64,000 bases of DNA from Escherichia coli (GTDB lineage: Bacteria > Pseudomonadota > Gammaproteobacteria > Enterobacterales > Enterobacteriaceae). Shown piece after piece: positions 17,794-30,587 of the stretch (position 1 is the first letter of the stretch; the number at the start of each line of letters is the position of its first letter). The stretch lies in assembly GCF_050320075.1 (NCBI RefSeq), contig NZ_CP190018.1; one strand, 5' to 3'. The notes below the pieces were generated by a model, which was given only the letters and a program-made list of their open reading frames with translations, made no database searches and was not told the origin of the DNA. Made by a program: the position numbers and the translations under genes.

Positions 17794-19077
17794 TCACCGT
17801 TTGTAATCGATGGCTTCTGGCTGCTCCAGATATACGGTGGTTTGTGCCGGTTGTGTGCTGGCAATCACCTTGCCGCCACGTACCGAATAACGTACCGGAA
17901 CCTGACGGCGCAGCGCATCAAACCCATTTTCAGCCGGCAGGATAATCAGGTTGGCGCTGTTTCCGGCGGCAATGCCATAATCCTGCAAATTCAACGTCCT
18001 TGCGCTGTGGTGGGTGATTAAATTCAGGCCATCGTTAATCTGCCCGTAGCCCATCAACTGGCAAACATGCAGCCCCATATGCAGCACTTGCAGCATATTC
18101 GCCGTTCCCAGCGGATACCACGGATCGAAGACATCATCGTGACCAAAGCAGACGTTAATGCCGGACTCCAGCATCTCTTTAACGCGCGTGATGCCGCGAC
18201 GTTTTGGATACGTATCGAAACGTCCTTGCAGATGAATATTGACCAGCGGGTTGGCGACAAAGTTAATACCGGACATTTTCAGCAAGCGGAACAGGCGTGA
18301 GGTATACGCCCCGTTATAGGAGTGCATTGCCGTGGTGTGGCTGGCGGTGACTCGCGCGCCCATGCCTTCACGGTGCGCCAGGGCTGCAACGGTTTCGACA
18401 AAGCGCGACTGTTCGTCATCAATCTCATCACAGTGAACGTCGATGAGACGGTCGTATTTTTGCGCCAGGGCGAAGGTTTTATGCAGCGACTCCACGCCGT
18501 ATTCACGGGTAAATTCAAAATGCGGAATCGCCCCCACTACGTCTGCCCCTAAGCGTAACGCCTCTTCCAGCAACGCTTCACCGTTGGGATACGACAAAAT
18601 CCCTTCCTGCGGGAAGGCGACGATTTGCAGATCAATCCACGGCGCGACTTCCTGCTTCACTTCCAGCATTGCTTTCAGCGCAGTCAGCGTTGCATCCGAA
18701 ACATCGACATGGGTACGCACATGCTGAATGCCGTTGGCAATCTGCCATTTCAGCGTTTGCCAGGCGCGTTGTTTCACATCGTCATGGGTTAATAACGCTT
18801 TGCGCTCGGCCCAGCGTTCAATGCCTTCAAACAGCGTGCCGGACTGATTCCAGTTCGGTTGTCCGGCGGTTTGCGTGGTGTCCAGGTGAATATGTGGCTC
18901 CACAAACGGCGGTATAACTAAACCTTGTTCGGCATCCAGGCTGTTTTCAGTTATGGGCATCACCCCGGATTGCGCATCAATGGCGCTGATTTTTCCGTCC
19001 AGCAGATGAATCTGCCACAGCCCCTCTTTGCCGGGTAACCGGGCGTTAATAATTGTCTGTAAAGCGTTATTCGACAC
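17794..19077 (-). CDS. codA: cytosine deaminase
   Basis: ORF 17794..19092; GTG start at [16 protein letters not shown] (427 aa); HIHLD metal-binding motif. Confidence 0.95.
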   Translation of the reverse strand: MSNNALQTIINARLPGKEGLWQIHLLDGKISAIDAQSGVMPITENSLDAEQGLVIPPFVEPHIHLDTTQTAGQPNWNQSGTLFEGIERWAERKALLTHDDVKQRAWQTLKWQIANGIQHVRTHVDVSDATLTALKAMLEVKQEVAPWIDLQIVAFPQEGILSYPNGEALLEEALRLGADVVGAIPHFEFTREYGVESLHKTFALAQKYDRLIDVHCDEIDDEQSRFVETVAALAHREGMGARVTASHTTAMHSYNGAYTSRLFRLLKMSGINFVANPLVNIHLQGRFDTYPKRRGITRVKEMLESGINVCFGHDDVFDPWYPLGTANMLQVLHMGLHVCQLMGYGQINDGLNLITHHSARTLNLQDYGIAAGNSANLIILPAENGFDALRRQVPVRYSVRGGKVIASTQPAQTTVYLEQPEAIDYKR

Positions 19078-20326
19078 TGTTAGCCTCCACATGCGTCATT
19101 GCAGCCGTCGTTTTGCGATTCAAAATCGGGTTAAGGATCAGATAGCTCAGCGCGCCACCTAATACCGCGTTGACCGGAACAATTCCCGGTAACCAGTGGC
19201 CTGCGGCAATCCCCAAGGCGACCGCCAGAATCGCCACCCAATTGACACTCATCATACGCGTGGTCGCAAAGTGCTCATAGCGGCGACGGTTCATCAGATA
19301 GTCAGCGATGATCACGCCCCCTACCGGAGGAATAGCTGCCGAAAGGAAGGTCAGCCAGCCGACAAAATTGTTATACAACCATAATGCGCAGACCGTACCG
19401 ATAATACCGTTAATCACCGAAAGGGTTTTACTCGACATACCGGTAATGTTGGCGAAACCTAAACCCGACGCATAAAGTGCGTTATCGTTGGTGGTCCAGA
19501 TATTCAGCCCCAGCACCACAATCGCAGGCAGCAGCAGACCCTGAGCAATCATCACATCAGAGATATCCGCCATCCCCAGTGCCGCCGCGCCCGCTGCACC
19601 GAAAATAAACATCAACGAGTTGCCGAGGAAAAAGGCCACCATCGCCACTAGCACCGCCAGTTTGGCATTACGACCAAACCGGACAAAGTCAGCGGTGAGC
19701 GTGCCCGCACTGATAAATGACCCCACAACCAGCGCCAGCGCGACATTGAAATCTAACGGTTGTGCGGGAACGACCGCTTTTAATGCGTCCAGGCCGCCCA
19801 TGCCGTTAACGGCCAACCACACGGAATAACCGCCAAGACAGGCGATAGCCGGAACTGCAATCACCGAAAGAACCGTTAGCGCCGAAATGCCAAAGAAGAC
19901 GGTGACGGTCATCAGTAAACCGGAAACGGCAATCAGCAAATTAATATCCAGCCCAGTTGCCTTGCCCACCGGAATGGCAAACATCGCCACGCCAACGCCA
20001 AACCAGCCAACCTGGGTGCCGCCCAGCAGCAGTGAAGGCAGCCATGAGCCTTTAACACCAAAAGAGAAGCGAGCAAGAAGATGAGTGGTCAGGCCGGTTT
20101 TTGCGCCAATGTAACCAAGAAATGAAGTGTAAATACCGAGGAGAAGATTACCGATGAGGACTGCGAGGAAGAAATCATGATAGCTAAGACCGGTTCCGAG
20201 AGTGCCGCCGGTCCACATACTGGCGGAAAAGAAGGTTAATCCCAGCATGACGAACGTTAATGCCAATACCCCTTTCCGCGCCGACTGCGGGACTGGCCCC
20301 TGGCTAAAGTTGTTATCTTGCGACAC
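19067..20326 (-). CDS. codB: cytosine permease
   Basis: 419-aa polytopic membrane ORF overlapping codA start by 11 bp. Confidence 0.93.
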   Translation of the reverse strand: MSQDNNFSQGPVPQSARKGVLALTFVMLGLTFFSASMWTGGTLGTGLSYHDFFLAVLIGNLLLGIYTSFLGYIGAKTGLTTHLLARFSFGVKGSWLPSLLLGGTQVGWFGVGVAMFAIPVGKATGLDINLLIAVSGLLMTVTVFFGISALTVLSVIAVPAIACLGGYSVWLAVNGMGGLDALKAVVPAQPLDFNVALALVVGSFISAGTLTADFVRFGRNAKLAVLVAMVAFFLGNSLMFIFGAAGAAALGMADISDVMIAQGLLLPAIVVLGLNIWTTNDNALYASGLGFANITGMSSKTLSVINGIIGTVCALWLYNNFVGWLTFLSAAIPPVGGVIIADYLMNRRRYEHFATTRMMSVNWVAILAVALGIAAGHWLPGIVPVNAVLGGALSYLILNPILNRKTTAAMTHVEANSVE

Positions 20327-20493
20327 GAAATTCCCCCTTTTTGCTGTTTGAAACCCAAAAAATCCGCCGCATTCTATTCATCTGAAGATAAAAAGCAATC
20401 GTTTTCGTGGGGAAATATATTTTTTATATGAATGAGTGCAAAAAGGTGGGGGAAAAATTATCGGTGTAAAAACAGTGGGTAGCCATAATAAGA

Positions 20494-20558
20494 CGCGGTA
20501 AGTGTCGCATCAGGCATCGGCGCATGGTGTCGGATGCGCCAGACGACGCATCCGACAA
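20494..20558. repeat. REP elements between codB and prpE
   Basis: gtcgcatcaggc...gtcggatgcgccagacgacgcatccgac palindromes. Confidence 0.6.
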
Positions 20559-20562
20559 TAAC

Positions 20563-22449
20563 CTACTCTTCCATCGCCTGGCGGATCTGATCCAACGACG
20601 CAGGATCATCAATGGTCGTCAGATCCCCAGGATCGCGTCCTTCACAAATCGCCTGGATCGTGCGGCGCAGCATTTTTCCGGATCGCGTTTTCGGCAATTG
20701 CGAGACAAACCAGACGTGCGCCGGGCGACCAAAGTTGCCAATCTGGCTGTCCACCAGCGCCATAATCGCCTTCTCTTGCGAGTGCGCCACCTCACGGTCT
20801 TCCAGACTGTCGCTCTCTTTCGGAATAACAAACGCCACCGCCACCTGCCCTTTCAGCGCATCTTTCACCCCAACCACCGCCACTTCGGCAACGCCCGGAT
20901 GACTGGAGATACTCTCTTCAATCTCGCGCGTCCCCAGCCGATGCCCGGCAACGTTAATTACATCGTCAGTGCGCCCGAGAATAAAGTGATAACCGTCAGC
21001 ATCGCGGATACCCCAGTCAAAAGTGGCGTACACCGGACGGGAAAACAGCGACCAGTACGTCTTCACAAAGCGGTCGTCGTCGCCCCAAATGGTCTGAATA
21101 CAGCCCGGCGGCAGCGGCCCTTCTACCACCAGCATCCCTTTCTCGTTGACGCCACACGGTTCGCCGGTGACTTCATTAAGCAACTGCACGTTATAGCCAT
21201 ACATCGGCACGCCGGGGCTTCCCAGACGCGTCGGCCTGTCGTCCAGACCGCGAGCAATCGCCATAATCGGCCAGCCGGATTCGGTCTGCCAGTAGTTGTC
21301 GATGACCGGCACATCCAGCGTATTGCTCACCCAACTGGCGGTCGGCTCGTCCAGCGGTTCTCCAGCCAGATAGAGCACTTCCAGCGACGAGAGATCGTGT
21401 TTGCGAATTTCAGCGGTAGGGAATTTTTTCAGCACGCGAATGGCGGTCGGCGCTGAGAACATGCGGCTAACCTGATATTTCTCGACGATTTTCCACCACA
21501 CGCCGCAGTCCGGCCAGGTCGGTAATCCTTCGTAAACGATAGTCGCCATCCCCGCCAGCAGCGGCGCGTAGACGATATACGAATGCCCCACCACCCAGCC
21601 GATATCCGAAGCACAAAAGAACACACCGCCCGCTTTGCCGCCAAAAATGGTGTCCATCGAGGTCGCCAGCGCCACCGCATATCCGCCAACGTCACGCTGC
21701 ACGCCTTTAGGTTTGCCGGTCGTGCCGGAGGTGTAGAGAATGCAGGAGGTTTCGTTGGATTCCAGCCACGCCACTGGCACCCGCGCGCCGATGTGTTGAT
21801 GGCGCAACGACGCGAAATCGACATCCCGCCCGCTGACGCGCGCCATTTTCGCCAGCCCACGATCCACCAGCAAAACATGGCGTGGCTGGTGCTGCGCCTG
21901 ACTTATCGCATCGTCGAGCAATTTTTTATACGGAATGATTTTGCCACCGCGCGCTCCGGCATCAGCCGAGACAATCAGCACCGGTTTAGCGTCATCAATT
22001 CGCGCCGCCACGCTGTGCGAGGCAAATCCCCCAAACACCACCGAGTGAATAGCGCCAATGCGCGCGCAAGCCAGCAGAGTAATATGTGCTTCGGCAATCA
22101 TCGGCATATACACCAGCACCCGATCGCCGCGCTGCACACCCAGCGAGCGCAGCATTGAGGCCACCGCATTCACTTCGTCATGTAACTGGCGGAAGGTAAA
22201 GGTGCGCTCTTCTTCTGTTTCCGAAGAGACGGCAATCAGCGCCAGCGCCTCTGGCTGTTTCTCCAGCCAGCGGTCGATAGCGTTGTGGCACAAGTTGGTT
22301 CGGCCTTCACAAAACCAACAGGCAAACGGCGGGTTGCTGTGGTCGAGCGTTTGCGTAAAGGGCGTCTGCCAGTCAATACGCCGGGCCTGCTCGGCCCAGA
22401 ACTGCTCCGGTTCGTTAATCGAACGCTGATAAAATTCGCTAAAAGACAT
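20563..22449 (-). CDS. prpE: propionyl-CoA synthetase
   Basis: 628-aa acyl-CoA synthetase ORF, last gene of prpBCDE. Confidence 0.95.
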   Translation of the reverse strand: MSFSEFYQRSINEPEQFWAEQARRIDWQTPFTQTLDHSNPPFACWFCEGRTNLCHNAIDRWLEKQPEALALIAVSSETEEERTFTFRQLHDEVNAVASMLRSLGVQRGDRVLVYMPMIAEAHITLLACARIGAIHSVVFGGFASHSVAARIDDAKPVLIVSADAGARGGKIIPYKKLLDDAISQAQHQPRHVLLVDRGLAKMARVSGRDVDFASLRHQHIGARVPVAWLESNETSCILYTSGTTGKPKGVQRDVGGYAVALATSMDTIFGGKAGGVFFCASDIGWVVGHSYIVYAPLLAGMATIVYEGLPTWPDCGVWWKIVEKYQVSRMFSAPTAIRVLKKFPTAEIRKHDLSSLEVLYLAGEPLDEPTASWVSNTLDVPVIDNYWQTESGWPIMAIARGLDDRPTRLGSPGVPMYGYNVQLLNEVTGEPCGVNEKGMLVVEGPLPPGCIQTIWGDDDRFVKTYWSLFSRPVYATFDWGIRDADGYHFILGRTDDVINVAGHRLGTREIEESISSHPGVAEVAVVGVKDALKGQVAVAFVIPKESDSLEDREVAHSQEKAIMALVDSQIGNFGRPAHVWFVSQLPKTRSGKMLRRTIQAICEGRDPGDLTTIDDPASLDQIRQAMEE

Positions 22450-22488
22450 AATGCTCTCCTGTTGAACTTACGCCTTACCGCCGTTTAC

Positions 22489-23940
22489 TTAAATGACGTA
22501 CAGGTCGAGATACTCATTGACCGGCATCTGTTCCAGGCGAGCTCTGTCGAGAGAAACCTCCAGAATGCGCTGTTGCTGGCGAGTCGGGAACTGGCGCGCG
22601 AGATTGATTTTGAATTTATCGACCAGTTTCGGAATGCCATCCTGACGGCGGCGAGCATGACCAATGGGGTACTCCACCACCACTTCTTCAAATCGCGTAC
22701 CGTCGGTGAACTCAAGGGTTATGGCATTGGCGATGGCACGTTTTTCCGGGTCGTGGTAGTCAGCGGTAAATGCCGGATCTTCAAAGCAATTGATCTTCTC
22801 GCGCAGGGCGTCGATGCGTTTATCTTGCGCAACGTTGTCCTCGTAATCTGCCGCCGTTAAGCGTCCGAACAGCAGCGGGATCGCCACCATGTACTGAATG
22901 CAGTGGTCGCGGTCTGCCGGGTTATTGAGCGGTCCTTTTTTGTCGATGATGCGAATACAGGCTTCGTGGGTGCGAATGGTCACTTTTTCGATATCTGCCG
23001 CCGTTTTGCCTGCTGCCTGCATCTGTTCATAGAGCGTCATCGCTGCTTCAACTGCCGTCTGGGAGTGGAACTCCGCCGGGAAGGAGATTTTGAACAGCAC
23101 ATTTTCCATGACGTAAGAACCGTACGGGCGCTGGAAGCGGAACGATTCACCTTTGAAGGAGACGTCGTAGAAGCCCCACACAGGCGCAGTCAGGGCTGAC
23201 GGGTAACCCATTTCGCCCGTTTTCGCCATCAGTGCCAGACGTACCGCGCGGGAAGTGGCATCGCCCGCCGCCCAGGATTTACGCGTGCCGGTGTTCGGCG
23301 CATGGCGATAGGTGCGCAGCGACTGACCGTCCACCCACGCCAGCGAAACGGCGTTGAGAATTTCCTCGCGGGTCAGGCCGAGCATTTCGGCGACCACGGC
23401 GGTGGAAGCCACTTTCACTAACAGAACGTGGTCGAGGCCGACGCGGTTAAAGGAGTTTTCCAGCGCGATGCAGCCCTGAATTTCATGGGCTTTGATCATT
23501 CCGGTCAGCACCTGCTTCATGGTCAACGGCGCTTTGCCGCTAGCGACCGCGTTGCGCGAAAGCCAGTCCGCCGTTGCCAGAATGCCGCCGAGGTTGTCGG
23601 AAGGATGCCCCCACTCCGCCGCCAGCCAGGTATCGTTGAAATCGAGCCAACGGATCATCGCGCCGATGTTAAATGCCGCCTGGACGGGGTCGAGCTGGAA
23701 CTGAGTTCCGGGGACGCGCACGCCGTTAGGGACGACAGTGCCAGGAACAATTGGCCCCAGCAGTTTTTTACAGGCCGGGTATTCGAGAGCTTCCAGACCG
23801 CAGCCGAGAGTGTCGAGCAGGCAGTAATGTGCGGTGTCGTAGGCCACTTTAGAGCTGATTTCGTAGTTCATCACGTAATCGACGATATCAACGATTTCAC
23901 GATCAAATTCCGGGCGGATGTTGTTGATTTGAGCTGACAT
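22489..23940 (-). CDS. prpD: 2-methylcitrate dehydratase
   Basis: 483-aa MmgE/PrpD-family ORF. Confidence 0.95.
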   Translation of the reverse strand: MSAQINNIRPEFDREIVDIVDYVMNYEISSKVAYDTAHYCLLDTLGCGLEALEYPACKKLLGPIVPGTVVPNGVRVPGTQFQLDPVQAAFNIGAMIRWLDFNDTWLAAEWGHPSDNLGGILATADWLSRNAVASGKAPLTMKQVLTGMIKAHEIQGCIALENSFNRVGLDHVLLVKVASTAVVAEMLGLTREEILNAVSLAWVDGQSLRTYRHAPNTGTRKSWAAGDATSRAVRLALMAKTGEMGYPSALTAPVWGFYDVSFKGESFRFQRPYGSYVMENVLFKISFPAEFHSQTAVEAAMTLYEQMQAAGKTAADIEKVTIRTHEACIRIIDKKGPLNNPADRDHCIQYMVAIPLLFGRLTAADYEDNVAQDKRIDALREKINCFEDPAFTADYHDPEKRAIANAITLEFTDGTRFEEVVVEYPIGHARRRQDGIPKLVDKFKINLARQFPTRQQQRILEVSLDRARLEQMPVNEYLDLYVI

Positions 23941-23973
23941 TGGGTACGTTTCCTTATTGTTATTCGTAGAGGT

Positions 23974-25143
23974 TTACTGGCGCTTATCCAGCGCGACAAA
24001 CTGGCGGTCTTCCGGTCCAACATAATTGGCGGAAGGACGGATAATTTTGTTGTCCTGACGTTGTTCGATAATGTGCGCCGCCCAGCCGGTGACGCGGGCG
24101 ATAACAAACAGTGGTGTGAACATCTCGGTGGGAACGCCCATCATGTTGTAGGAAACAGCGGAGAACCAGTCGAGATTGGGGAACATCTTTTTGCTCTCCC
24201 ACATCACCGTTTCAAGGCGATCGGCGATGTTGTACATCTTCAGCGAACCGCCTTCCTGCGAGAGCTGCTTCGCCACGCGTTTGATCACCTGATGACGCGG
24301 GTCGGCGATGGTGTAAACCGGATGACCAAAACCAATGACCACTTCTTTGTTTTCCACGCGCCTGCGGATATCGGCTTCGGCTTCGTCCGGTGTTTCGTAG
24401 CGTTGCTGGATCTCCAGCGACACTTCATTCGCCCCGCCGTGTTTTGGCCCGCGCAGTGCGCCAATCGCGCCAATAATCGCGGAATACATATCAGAGCCAG
24501 TGCCCGCAATCACCCGGCTGGTAAAAGTGGAGGCGTTAAACTCGTGCTCGGCGTACAGCACCAGCGAAATATGCATCGCCTTTTCCCAGCTTTGCGACGG
24601 CTTTTCGCCATGCAGCAGATGCAGGAAGTGACCGCCGATGGAATCGTCATCGGTTTCTGGCTGGATGCGTTCGCCGTTGTGGCTGTAGTGATACCAGTAG
24701 AGAAGAATCGAGCTAAGCGACGCCAACAGTTTGTCGGCAATATCCCGCGCACCAGAGACGGTATGACCCTCTTTTTCTGGCAGCGTGCAACCGAGCGCGG
24801 AGACGCCGGTGCGCATAACATCCATCGGGTGCGACGCCGCGGGTAAGGCTTCCAGCACGGTACGCACGTTAGCTGGTAAACCGCGCAGGGCTTTCAGTTT
24901 CGTTTTGTAGGCGGCGAGTTCGTCACGGGTCGGCAGTTTGCCGTGGATCAGCAGGTGCGCCACTTCTTCAAATTCGCAATGTTCCGCCAGATCAAGAATA
25001 TCGTAGCCGCGGTAATGCAGGTCGTTGCCGCTTTTACCCACGGTGCAGAGCGCCGTATTGCCCGCCGGAACGCCGGATAGTGCCACAGATTTTTTCGGTT
25101 TAATGACATGGGTACTGTTTTGCAGGATCGTTGTGTCGCTCAT
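23974..25143 (-). CDS. prpC: 2-methylcitrate synthase
   Basis: 389-aa citrate-synthase-family ORF. Confidence 0.95.
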   Translation of the reverse strand: MSDTTILQNSTHVIKPKKSVALSGVPAGNTALCTVGKSGNDLHYRGYDILDLAEHCEFEEVAHLLIHGKLPTRDELAAYKTKLKALRGLPANVRTVLEALPAASHPMDVMRTGVSALGCTLPEKEGHTVSGARDIADKLLASLSSILLYWYHYSHNGERIQPETDDDSIGGHFLHLLHGEKPSQSWEKAMHISLVLYAEHEFNASTFTSRVIAGTGSDMYSAIIGAIGALRGPKHGGANEVSLEIQQRYETPDEAEADIRRRVENKEVVIGFGHPVYTIADPRHQVIKRVAKQLSQEGGSLKMYNIADRLETVMWESKKMFPNLDWFSAVSYNMMGVPTEMFTPLFVIARVTGWAAHIIEQRQDNKIIRPSANYVGPEDRQFVALDKRQ

Positions 25144-25187
25144 GTTGTCCTCGTCATTTGTAGGGTCGAGATATTTTTCGTTGTGTT

Positions 25188-26078
25188 TTATTTCGCCTGG
25201 CTACGGGCAAACAGGTCGTCGAGCTTCTCTTCGTACTGGTAGTAGTTGATGCTTTCGTACAGCTCGTTGCGGGTTTGCATGGTGTCGATGACACTTTTCT
25301 GCGTGCCTTCCTGACGCAGGACGTTGTAGACATGTTCGGCGGCGCGGTTCATGGCGCGAAACGCTGAAAGCGGGTACAGCGCCATTGCAACATGGGCGCT
25401 GCGTAATTCGTCGGTGGTAAACAGCGGTGTTGCGCCAAATTCGGTGATGTTGGCGAGGATCGGCACCTGCACCGCATCGGCAAACTGGCGGTACATGGCG
25501 AGTTCGGTAATCGCCTCCGGGAACAACATCTCGGCACCCGCTTCAACATAGGCCTGCGCACGCTCGATCGCCGCATCCAGCCCCTCTACCGCCAGCGCAT
25601 CGGTGCGCGCCATGATCACAAAATCAGGATCGGTTTTCGCATCCACCGCCGCGCGGATCCGATCCACCATCTCCTCTTTCGAGACGATCGCTTTGTTCGG
25701 ACGATGACCGCAGCGTTTCGCACCAACCTGATCTTCAATATGCAGTCCTGCCGCACCGGCTTTAATCATCGATTTCACGGTGCGCGCCACGTTAAAAGCA
25801 GAAGAACCAAAACCGATATCCGCATCCACCAGCAGCGGCAGCGAACAAACGTCGGTGATACGGCGAATATCTGTCAGCACGTCATCAAGGGTAGAAATAC
25901 CGAGATCCGGCAGCCCCAGCGAACCTGCCGCCACGCCACCGCCGGAAAGATAAATCGCCTGATATCCGGCACGCTGCGCCAGCAGCGCATGGTTGGCGTT
26001 AATGGTGCCAACAATCTGCAATGGATTTTCTTTAGTCAGTGCAGCGCGAAACGCTTTACCTGGAGAGTGTAGAGACAT
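25188..26078 (-). CDS. prpB: 2-methylisocitrate lyase
   Basis: 296-aa PEP-mutase/isocitrate-lyase-family ORF beginning [14 protein letters not shown]. Confidence 0.95.
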   Translation of the reverse strand: MSLHSPGKAFRAALTKENPLQIVGTINANHALLAQRAGYQAIYLSGGGVAAGSLGLPDLGISTLDDVLTDIRRITDVCSLPLLVDADIGFGSSAFNVARTVKSMIKAGAAGLHIEDQVGAKRCGHRPNKAIVSKEEMVDRIRAAVDAKTDPDFVIMARTDALAVEGLDAAIERAQAYVEAGAEMLFPEAITELAMYRQFADAVQVPILANITEFGATPLFTTDELRSAHVAMALYPLSAFRAMNRAAEHVYNVLRQEGTQKSVIDTMQTRNELYESINYYQYEEKLDDLFARSQAK

Positions 26079-26125
26079 AGCCCATCCTTTGTTATCAACT
26101 TGTTATTTGCGTTGATAAACACAAA

Positions 26126-26141
26126 GCAAGGGGTGTGCCAC
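26126..26141 (-). promoter_or_regulatory. sigma-54 (-24/-12) promoter of prpBCDE
   Basis: Reverse strand reads gTGGCACaccccTTGC, about 48 bp upstream of the prpB ATG, next to the sigma-54 activator gene prpR. Confidence 0.85.
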
Positions 26142-26316
26142 AATTGCCTTAATAAAATTAAATGTTTAATTTCAATTTGTTAGAAATATAGTCATGAAGT
26201 AATCCGCAAATATGCGTTTCAGTTAACGTTTCAGGCAATGTTTCACCGCGTTTCATTGCAACAATTATGAAACAAGACTAAACCCAATATTCGGTTTCTT
26301 AACTTTGCGGTGCGCT

Positions 26317-27903
26317 ATGGCACATCCACCACGGCTGAATGACGACAAACCGGTTATCTGGACGGTATCTGTAACGCGCCTGTTCGAGCTGTTTCGCGAT
26401 ATCAGCCTCGAGTTTGATCATCTGGCGAACATTACCCCTATCCAGCTTGGCTTTGAAAAAGCGGTGACCTACATCCGCAAGAAACTGGCCAGCGAACGCT
26501 GCGACGCCATCATCGCTGCTGGCTCTAACGGCGCGTACCTGAAAAGCCGCCTGTCAGTGCCAGTTATTTTGATTAAACCGAGCGGCTACGATGTGTTACA
26601 GGCACTGGCAAAAGCCGGAAAACTCACCTCTTCTATCGGCGTTGTCACTTATCAGGAAACTATTCCGGCGCTGGTGGCGTTTCAAAAAACCTTTAATTTG
26701 CGCCTCGACCAACGTAGCTACATTACCGAAGAAGACGCGCGCGGGCAGATTAACGAGCTGAAAGCTAACGGCACCGAAGCGGTGGTCGGCGCGGGGCTGA
26801 TTACCGATTTGGCAGAAGAAGCCGGAATGACCGGAATTTTTATCTATTCCGCCGCCACCGTGCGCCAGGCATTCAGCGATGCGCTGGATATGACGCGCAT
26901 GTCGTTACGCCATAACACTCACGATGCCACCCGTAACGCCCTGCGTACTCGTTACGTGCTGGGCGATATGCTCGGTCAATCACCACAGATGGAACAGGTG
27001 CGGCAGACTATTTTGCTGTATGCCCGCTCCAGTGCGGCGGTGTTGATTGAGGGGGAAACGGGGACGGGCAAAGAGCTGGCGGCCCAGGCGATTCATCGGG
27101 AATATTTTGCCCGCCACGATGCGCGACAGGGCAAAAAGTCGCATCCGTTTGTTGCCGTCAACTGCGGGGCGATTGCCGAATCGTTGCTGGAAGCAGAGCT
27201 GTTTGGCTATGAGGAAGGGGCGTTCACCGGCTCGCGACGCGGAGGTCGCGCCGGGCTGTTCGAAATCGCCCACGGTGGCACGCTGTTTCTTGACGAGATA
27301 GGCGAAATGCCGCTACCGTTGCAGACCCGGCTGCTGCGGGTGCTGGAAGAAAAAGAGGTCACCCGCGTCGGCGGGCATCAGCCTGTTCCGGTGGATGTGC
27401 GAGTCATTAGCGCCACTCACTGCAATCTGGAAGAAGATATGCGGCAAGGGCAGTTTCGCCGTGATCTGTTTTATCGGCTGAGTATTTTGCGTCTGCAATT
27501 GCCACCACTGCGCGAGCGGGTGGCGGATATTCTGCCGCTGGCGGAAAGCTTTTTGAAAGTGTCTCTGGCGGCGCTCTCCGCCCCGTTTTCTGCCGCATTA
27601 CGCCAGGGGTTACAGGCAAGCGAAACCGTGCTGGTACACTACGACTGGCCGGGCAATATTCGTGAACTGCGCAATATGATGGAGCGACTGGCGCTGTTTT
27701 TAAGTGTGGAACCGACGCCGGATTTAACGCCGCAATTTTTGCAGCTGCTACTGCCGGAACTAGCGCGCGAGTCAGCGAAAATTCCCGCTCCACGCTTACT
27801 GACACCACAACAGGCACTGGAGAAATTTAAAGGCGATAAAACAGCAGCGGCGAATTATTTAGGCATAAGCCGGACGACGTTCTGGCGGCGGCTGAAAAAC
27901 TGA
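26317..27903 (+). CDS. prpR: sigma-54-dependent activator of the prp operon
   Basis: ORF 26305..27903; start placed at [15 protein letters not shown] (528 aa); AAA+ motifs GETGTGKE and GAFTG, C-terminal HTH. Confidence 0.95.
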   Translation: MAHPPRLNDDKPVIWTVSVTRLFELFRDISLEFDHLANITPIQLGFEKAVTYIRKKLASERCDAIIAAGSNGAYLKSRLSVPVILIKPSGYDVLQALAKAGKLTSSIGVVTYQETIPALVAFQKTFNLRLDQRSYITEEDARGQINELKANGTEAVVGAGLITDLAEEAGMTGIFIYSAATVRQAFSDALDMTRMSLRHNTHDATRNALRTRYVLGDMLGQSPQMEQVRQTILLYARSSAAVLIEGETGTGKELAAQAIHREYFARHDARQGKKSHPFVAVNCGAIAESLLEAELFGYEEGAFTGSRRGGRAGLFEIAHGGTLFLDEIGEMPLPLQTRLLRVLEEKEVTRVGGHQPVPVDVRVISATHCNLEEDMRQGQFRRDLFYRLSILRLQLPPLRERVADILPLAESFLKVSLAALSAPFSAALRQGLQASETVLVHYDWPGNIRELRNMMERLALFLSVEPTPDLTPQFLQLLLPELARESAKIPAPRLLTPQQALEKFKGDKTAAANYLGISRTTFWRRLKN

Positions 27904-28003
27904 ACTGCCGAATGCAGCGCGAACGCTTTATCCGGCATAAATTTCAATAGATGATGATCACCGATAAACTTACGCATCGGGGATGTTTACATAGGTTTCA
28001 GAA

Positions 28004-28279
28004 TTACTTCTTCTTATAAATATTTGCCGTGCCGTGAATCTTATTGTCAGTTTGACCAGAGGTCAGCACCAACACATCAGCCCCTTTTTCATCGGCTTTT
28101 TTGATTAAATCTTCTTTTGCATCTGCAGTCGACATTTCATTACTGGTTGAAATATCACCTATTTTTTCATATTGCGATTCAACTTTTTCAAATTCCGCTT
28201 TGGTCATCAATTCAGCGGCATAGACATTGGTAACGGCAAACGCTAACGCACCGACTAACATTTTAGAGATTATTTTCAT
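28004..28279 (-). CDS. yahO: small secreted DUF1471 (YhcN-family) protein
   Basis: 91-aa ORF with signal peptide [21 protein letters not shown]. Confidence 0.85.
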   Translation of the reverse strand: MKIISKMLVGALAFAVTNVYAAELMTKAEFEKVESQYEKIGDISTSNEMSTADAKEDLIKKADEKGADVLVLTSGQTDNKIHGTANIYKKK

Positions 28280-28425
28280 ATTACGGCTCCAGAGTTGTTA
28301 TCACACTATCACCCACCGACATTATTGGGTTGATTAATAATTAGTTCAGTCAGGGCATAAACGCCAGTAACCGGAAATAAGACACTTTGTGATCTCTCTC
28401 GCACCCGATTATTTTTGGTAGAAAT

Positions 28426-29097
28426 ATGATGCAGTTAGTTCACTTATTTATGGATGAAATCACTATGGATCCTTTGCATGCCGTTTACCTGACCGTAGGA
28501 CTGTTCGTGATTACTTTTTTTAATCCGGGAGCCAATCTCTTTGTGGTAGTACAAACCAGCCTGGCTTCCGGTCGACGCGCAGGGGTGCTGACCGGGCTGG
28601 GCGTGGCGCTGGGCGATGCATTTTATTCCGGGTTGGGTTTGTTTGGTCTTGCAACGCTAATTACGCAGTGTGAGGAGATTTTTTCGCTTATCAGAATCGT
28701 CGGCGGCGCTTATCTCTTATGGTTTGCGTGGTGCAGCATGCGCCGCCAGTCAACACCGCAAATGAGCACACTACAACAACCGATTAACGCCCCCTGGTAT
28801 GTCTTTTTTCGCCGCGGATTAATTACCGATCTCTCTAACCCGCAAACCGTTTTATTTTTTATCAGTATTTTCTCAGTAACATTAAATGCCGAAACACCAA
28901 CATGGGCACGTTTAATGGCCTGGGCGGGGATTGTGCTCGCATCAATTATCTGGCGAGTCTTTCTTAGTCAGGCGTTTTCTTTGCCCGCAGTGCGTCGTGC
29001 TTATGGGCGTATGCAACGCGTTGCCAGTCGGGTTATTGGTGCAATTATTGGTGTATTCGCGCTACGCCTGATTTACGAAGGGGTGACGCAGCGGTGA
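28426..29097 (+). CDS. yahN: LysE/RhtB-family amino-acid exporter
   Basis: 223-aa polytopic membrane ORF. Confidence 0.85.
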   Translation: MMQLVHLFMDEITMDPLHAVYLTVGLFVITFFNPGANLFVVVQTSLASGRRAGVLTGLGVALGDAFYSGLGLFGLATLITQCEEIFSLIRIVGGAYLLWFAWCSMRRQSTPQMSTLQQPINAPWYVFFRRGLITDLSNPQTVLFFISIFSVTLNAETPTWARLMAWAGIVLASIIWRVFLSQAFSLPAVRRAYGRMQRVASRVIGAIIGVFALRLIYEGVTQR

Positions 29098-29113
29098 GCA
29101 GATAATTTACTCT

Positions 29114-29359
29114 CTACGTAATCAACCTGATTTGCCGAATCCCGACCATCGGCGATGATAGCCCCCGTAATGCGTGGTCCTTATTTCCGATAAGTTTACT
29201 TGAGTCTTTAGCTTCCCATTTCAGCCCACTCTCCCCTGTGTGGGCTTTTTTCATTGCTCTGCCCCGTCCTGAATAGCCAAACAATGGCAATGTTTCACTT
29301 TGCAGGGATGATAATAAGGGGATCTGATTCAGAAGAGTTATGAAAAGTTGGACCGCCAT
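29114..29359 (-). CDS. yahM: small uncharacterised protein
   Basis: ORF 29114..29389; start placed at MAVQLFITLLNQ (81 aa); weak call because an intrinsic-terminator-like hairpin lies inside it on the opposite strand. Confidence 0.5.
   Translation of the reverse strand: MAVQLFITLLNQIPLLSSLQSETLPLFGYSGRGRAMKKAHTGESGLKWEAKDSSKLIGNKDHALRGLSSPMVGIRQIRLIT
29223..29251 (+). terminator. intrinsic-terminator-like hairpin (agcccac...gtgggct + T6), probably the yahN terminator
   Basis: GC stem followed by tttttt on the + strand, 126 bp downstream of the yahN stop. Confidence 0.55.
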
Positions 29360-29771
29360 CGAGGCCTCGAACCCCGTACCATACAACAATCCTGGTTGTC
29401 GTCTGCTCTTCCTGATGAGCTAATGGCGGTTTTTGATATGAGCCTTACAGCATATTTTCTGTCAGGCTTGAGTGCGATGCGTAAGATACAGAAAAGACCC
29501 CACACAAACATGATGGAATTATGATTTTTTTCATATGAATGTCAACCCACACATTCACAAAACATCTGCATGAGATCATTTTTTATACACCGTATAGCTG
29601 CGAAACCACTGCTGATGCTTTTTTAAGCGAAGCGTCGCCGATCACAACAAAATATCGGCGAAAAAGGCGGTGGAATGCCATTTGGCATACGGATATACAG
29701 ATGAAATGATTACCTGCTTTGCGATTCACTCTCTGGTGGAATAACAACTCGCAGGTGGAACCCTTTCTGAA

Positions 29772-30587
29772 CTAAAGAGTGTAGCGGATTTTAACGTGCT
29801 TATTTACAGGATAATATCTGTCACCTAATTCCTGCACTCTATTAGATATCCATTGATTTAATCGCGCATCATCTCTGTATGTTTTTACGTCCAGAACAGA
29901 GAGCAATAACATCACCAGTGATTCAGGAAAAACAGGGTAGATATTTTTTAAGTGTAATAATAATCCATGCGCAAGCGCCTGCTTAATGGGTGCGTCGGTC
30001 TCCGGAATAGACGACATTTCGCGAAGCCATTTTTCCACATGCATACACTCTTTCCCTTTAGGGAAAAGTCTCAGCAAAGGCATATGGTGTTCAAGAAGAA
30101 TACATTTGCAATCTGTTCGCACTGAATCGATAAACTGCACTAATTTCTTAAGCCCGGTAAAGCGTCCAGCCTGCACGTTTGCTTTAATATCAAGAAACGC
30201 ATCGTCCTGGTCATATACCCAAACTGTCCCTTTTTGATTTTCAAGTATGCGAAAAACAAACTTAACCGGGTGATCAGGGTAATCCATCCAGTCATAAAAC
30301 CCAGGGAAATCATTAAACTGCACATTTATGGTGAGTGCGTTATCGTCTGACCACTCACAGTCTCGTACGGCAGCCATGAGATGAATGAGTTTGTCGTCAT
30401 CGACTAAATCATCACGACAATCATAAGGATAATCATAATATTGTTTAATCAAAACCTTGAATATATCGACACAGGAGACCAGGGAGCTTTTGATATCCTC
30501 TGGTAACTGATTGTTTTTTACTGTATTAAGTATGCTTTGTTGCGTATATGGCATCAAATTATTGTGCGGAGCTTTTAATGATATCAT
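29772..30587 (-). CDS. yahL: uncharacterised protein encoded in a low-GC block
   Basis: 271-aa ORF, AT-rich and codon-atypical, no recognisable domain. Confidence 0.8.
   Translation of the reverse strand: MISLKAPHNNLMPYTQQSILNTVKNNQLPEDIKSSLVSCVDIFKVLIKQYYDYPYDCRDDLVDDDKLIHLMAAVRDCEWSDDNALTINVQFNDFPGFYDWMDYPDHPVKFVFRILENQKGTVWVYDQDDAFLDIKANVQAGRFTGLKKLVQFIDSVRTDCKCILLEHHMPLLRLFPKGKECMHVEKWLREMSSIPETDAPIKQALAHGLLLHLKNIYPVFPESLVMLLLSVLDVKTYRDDARLNQWISNRVQELGDRYYPVNKHVKIRYTL

Noticed and set aside
20524-21456. 310-aa + strand ORF
   Set aside because: Antisense to prpE; the arginine-rich translation is typical of a reversed GC-rich frame.
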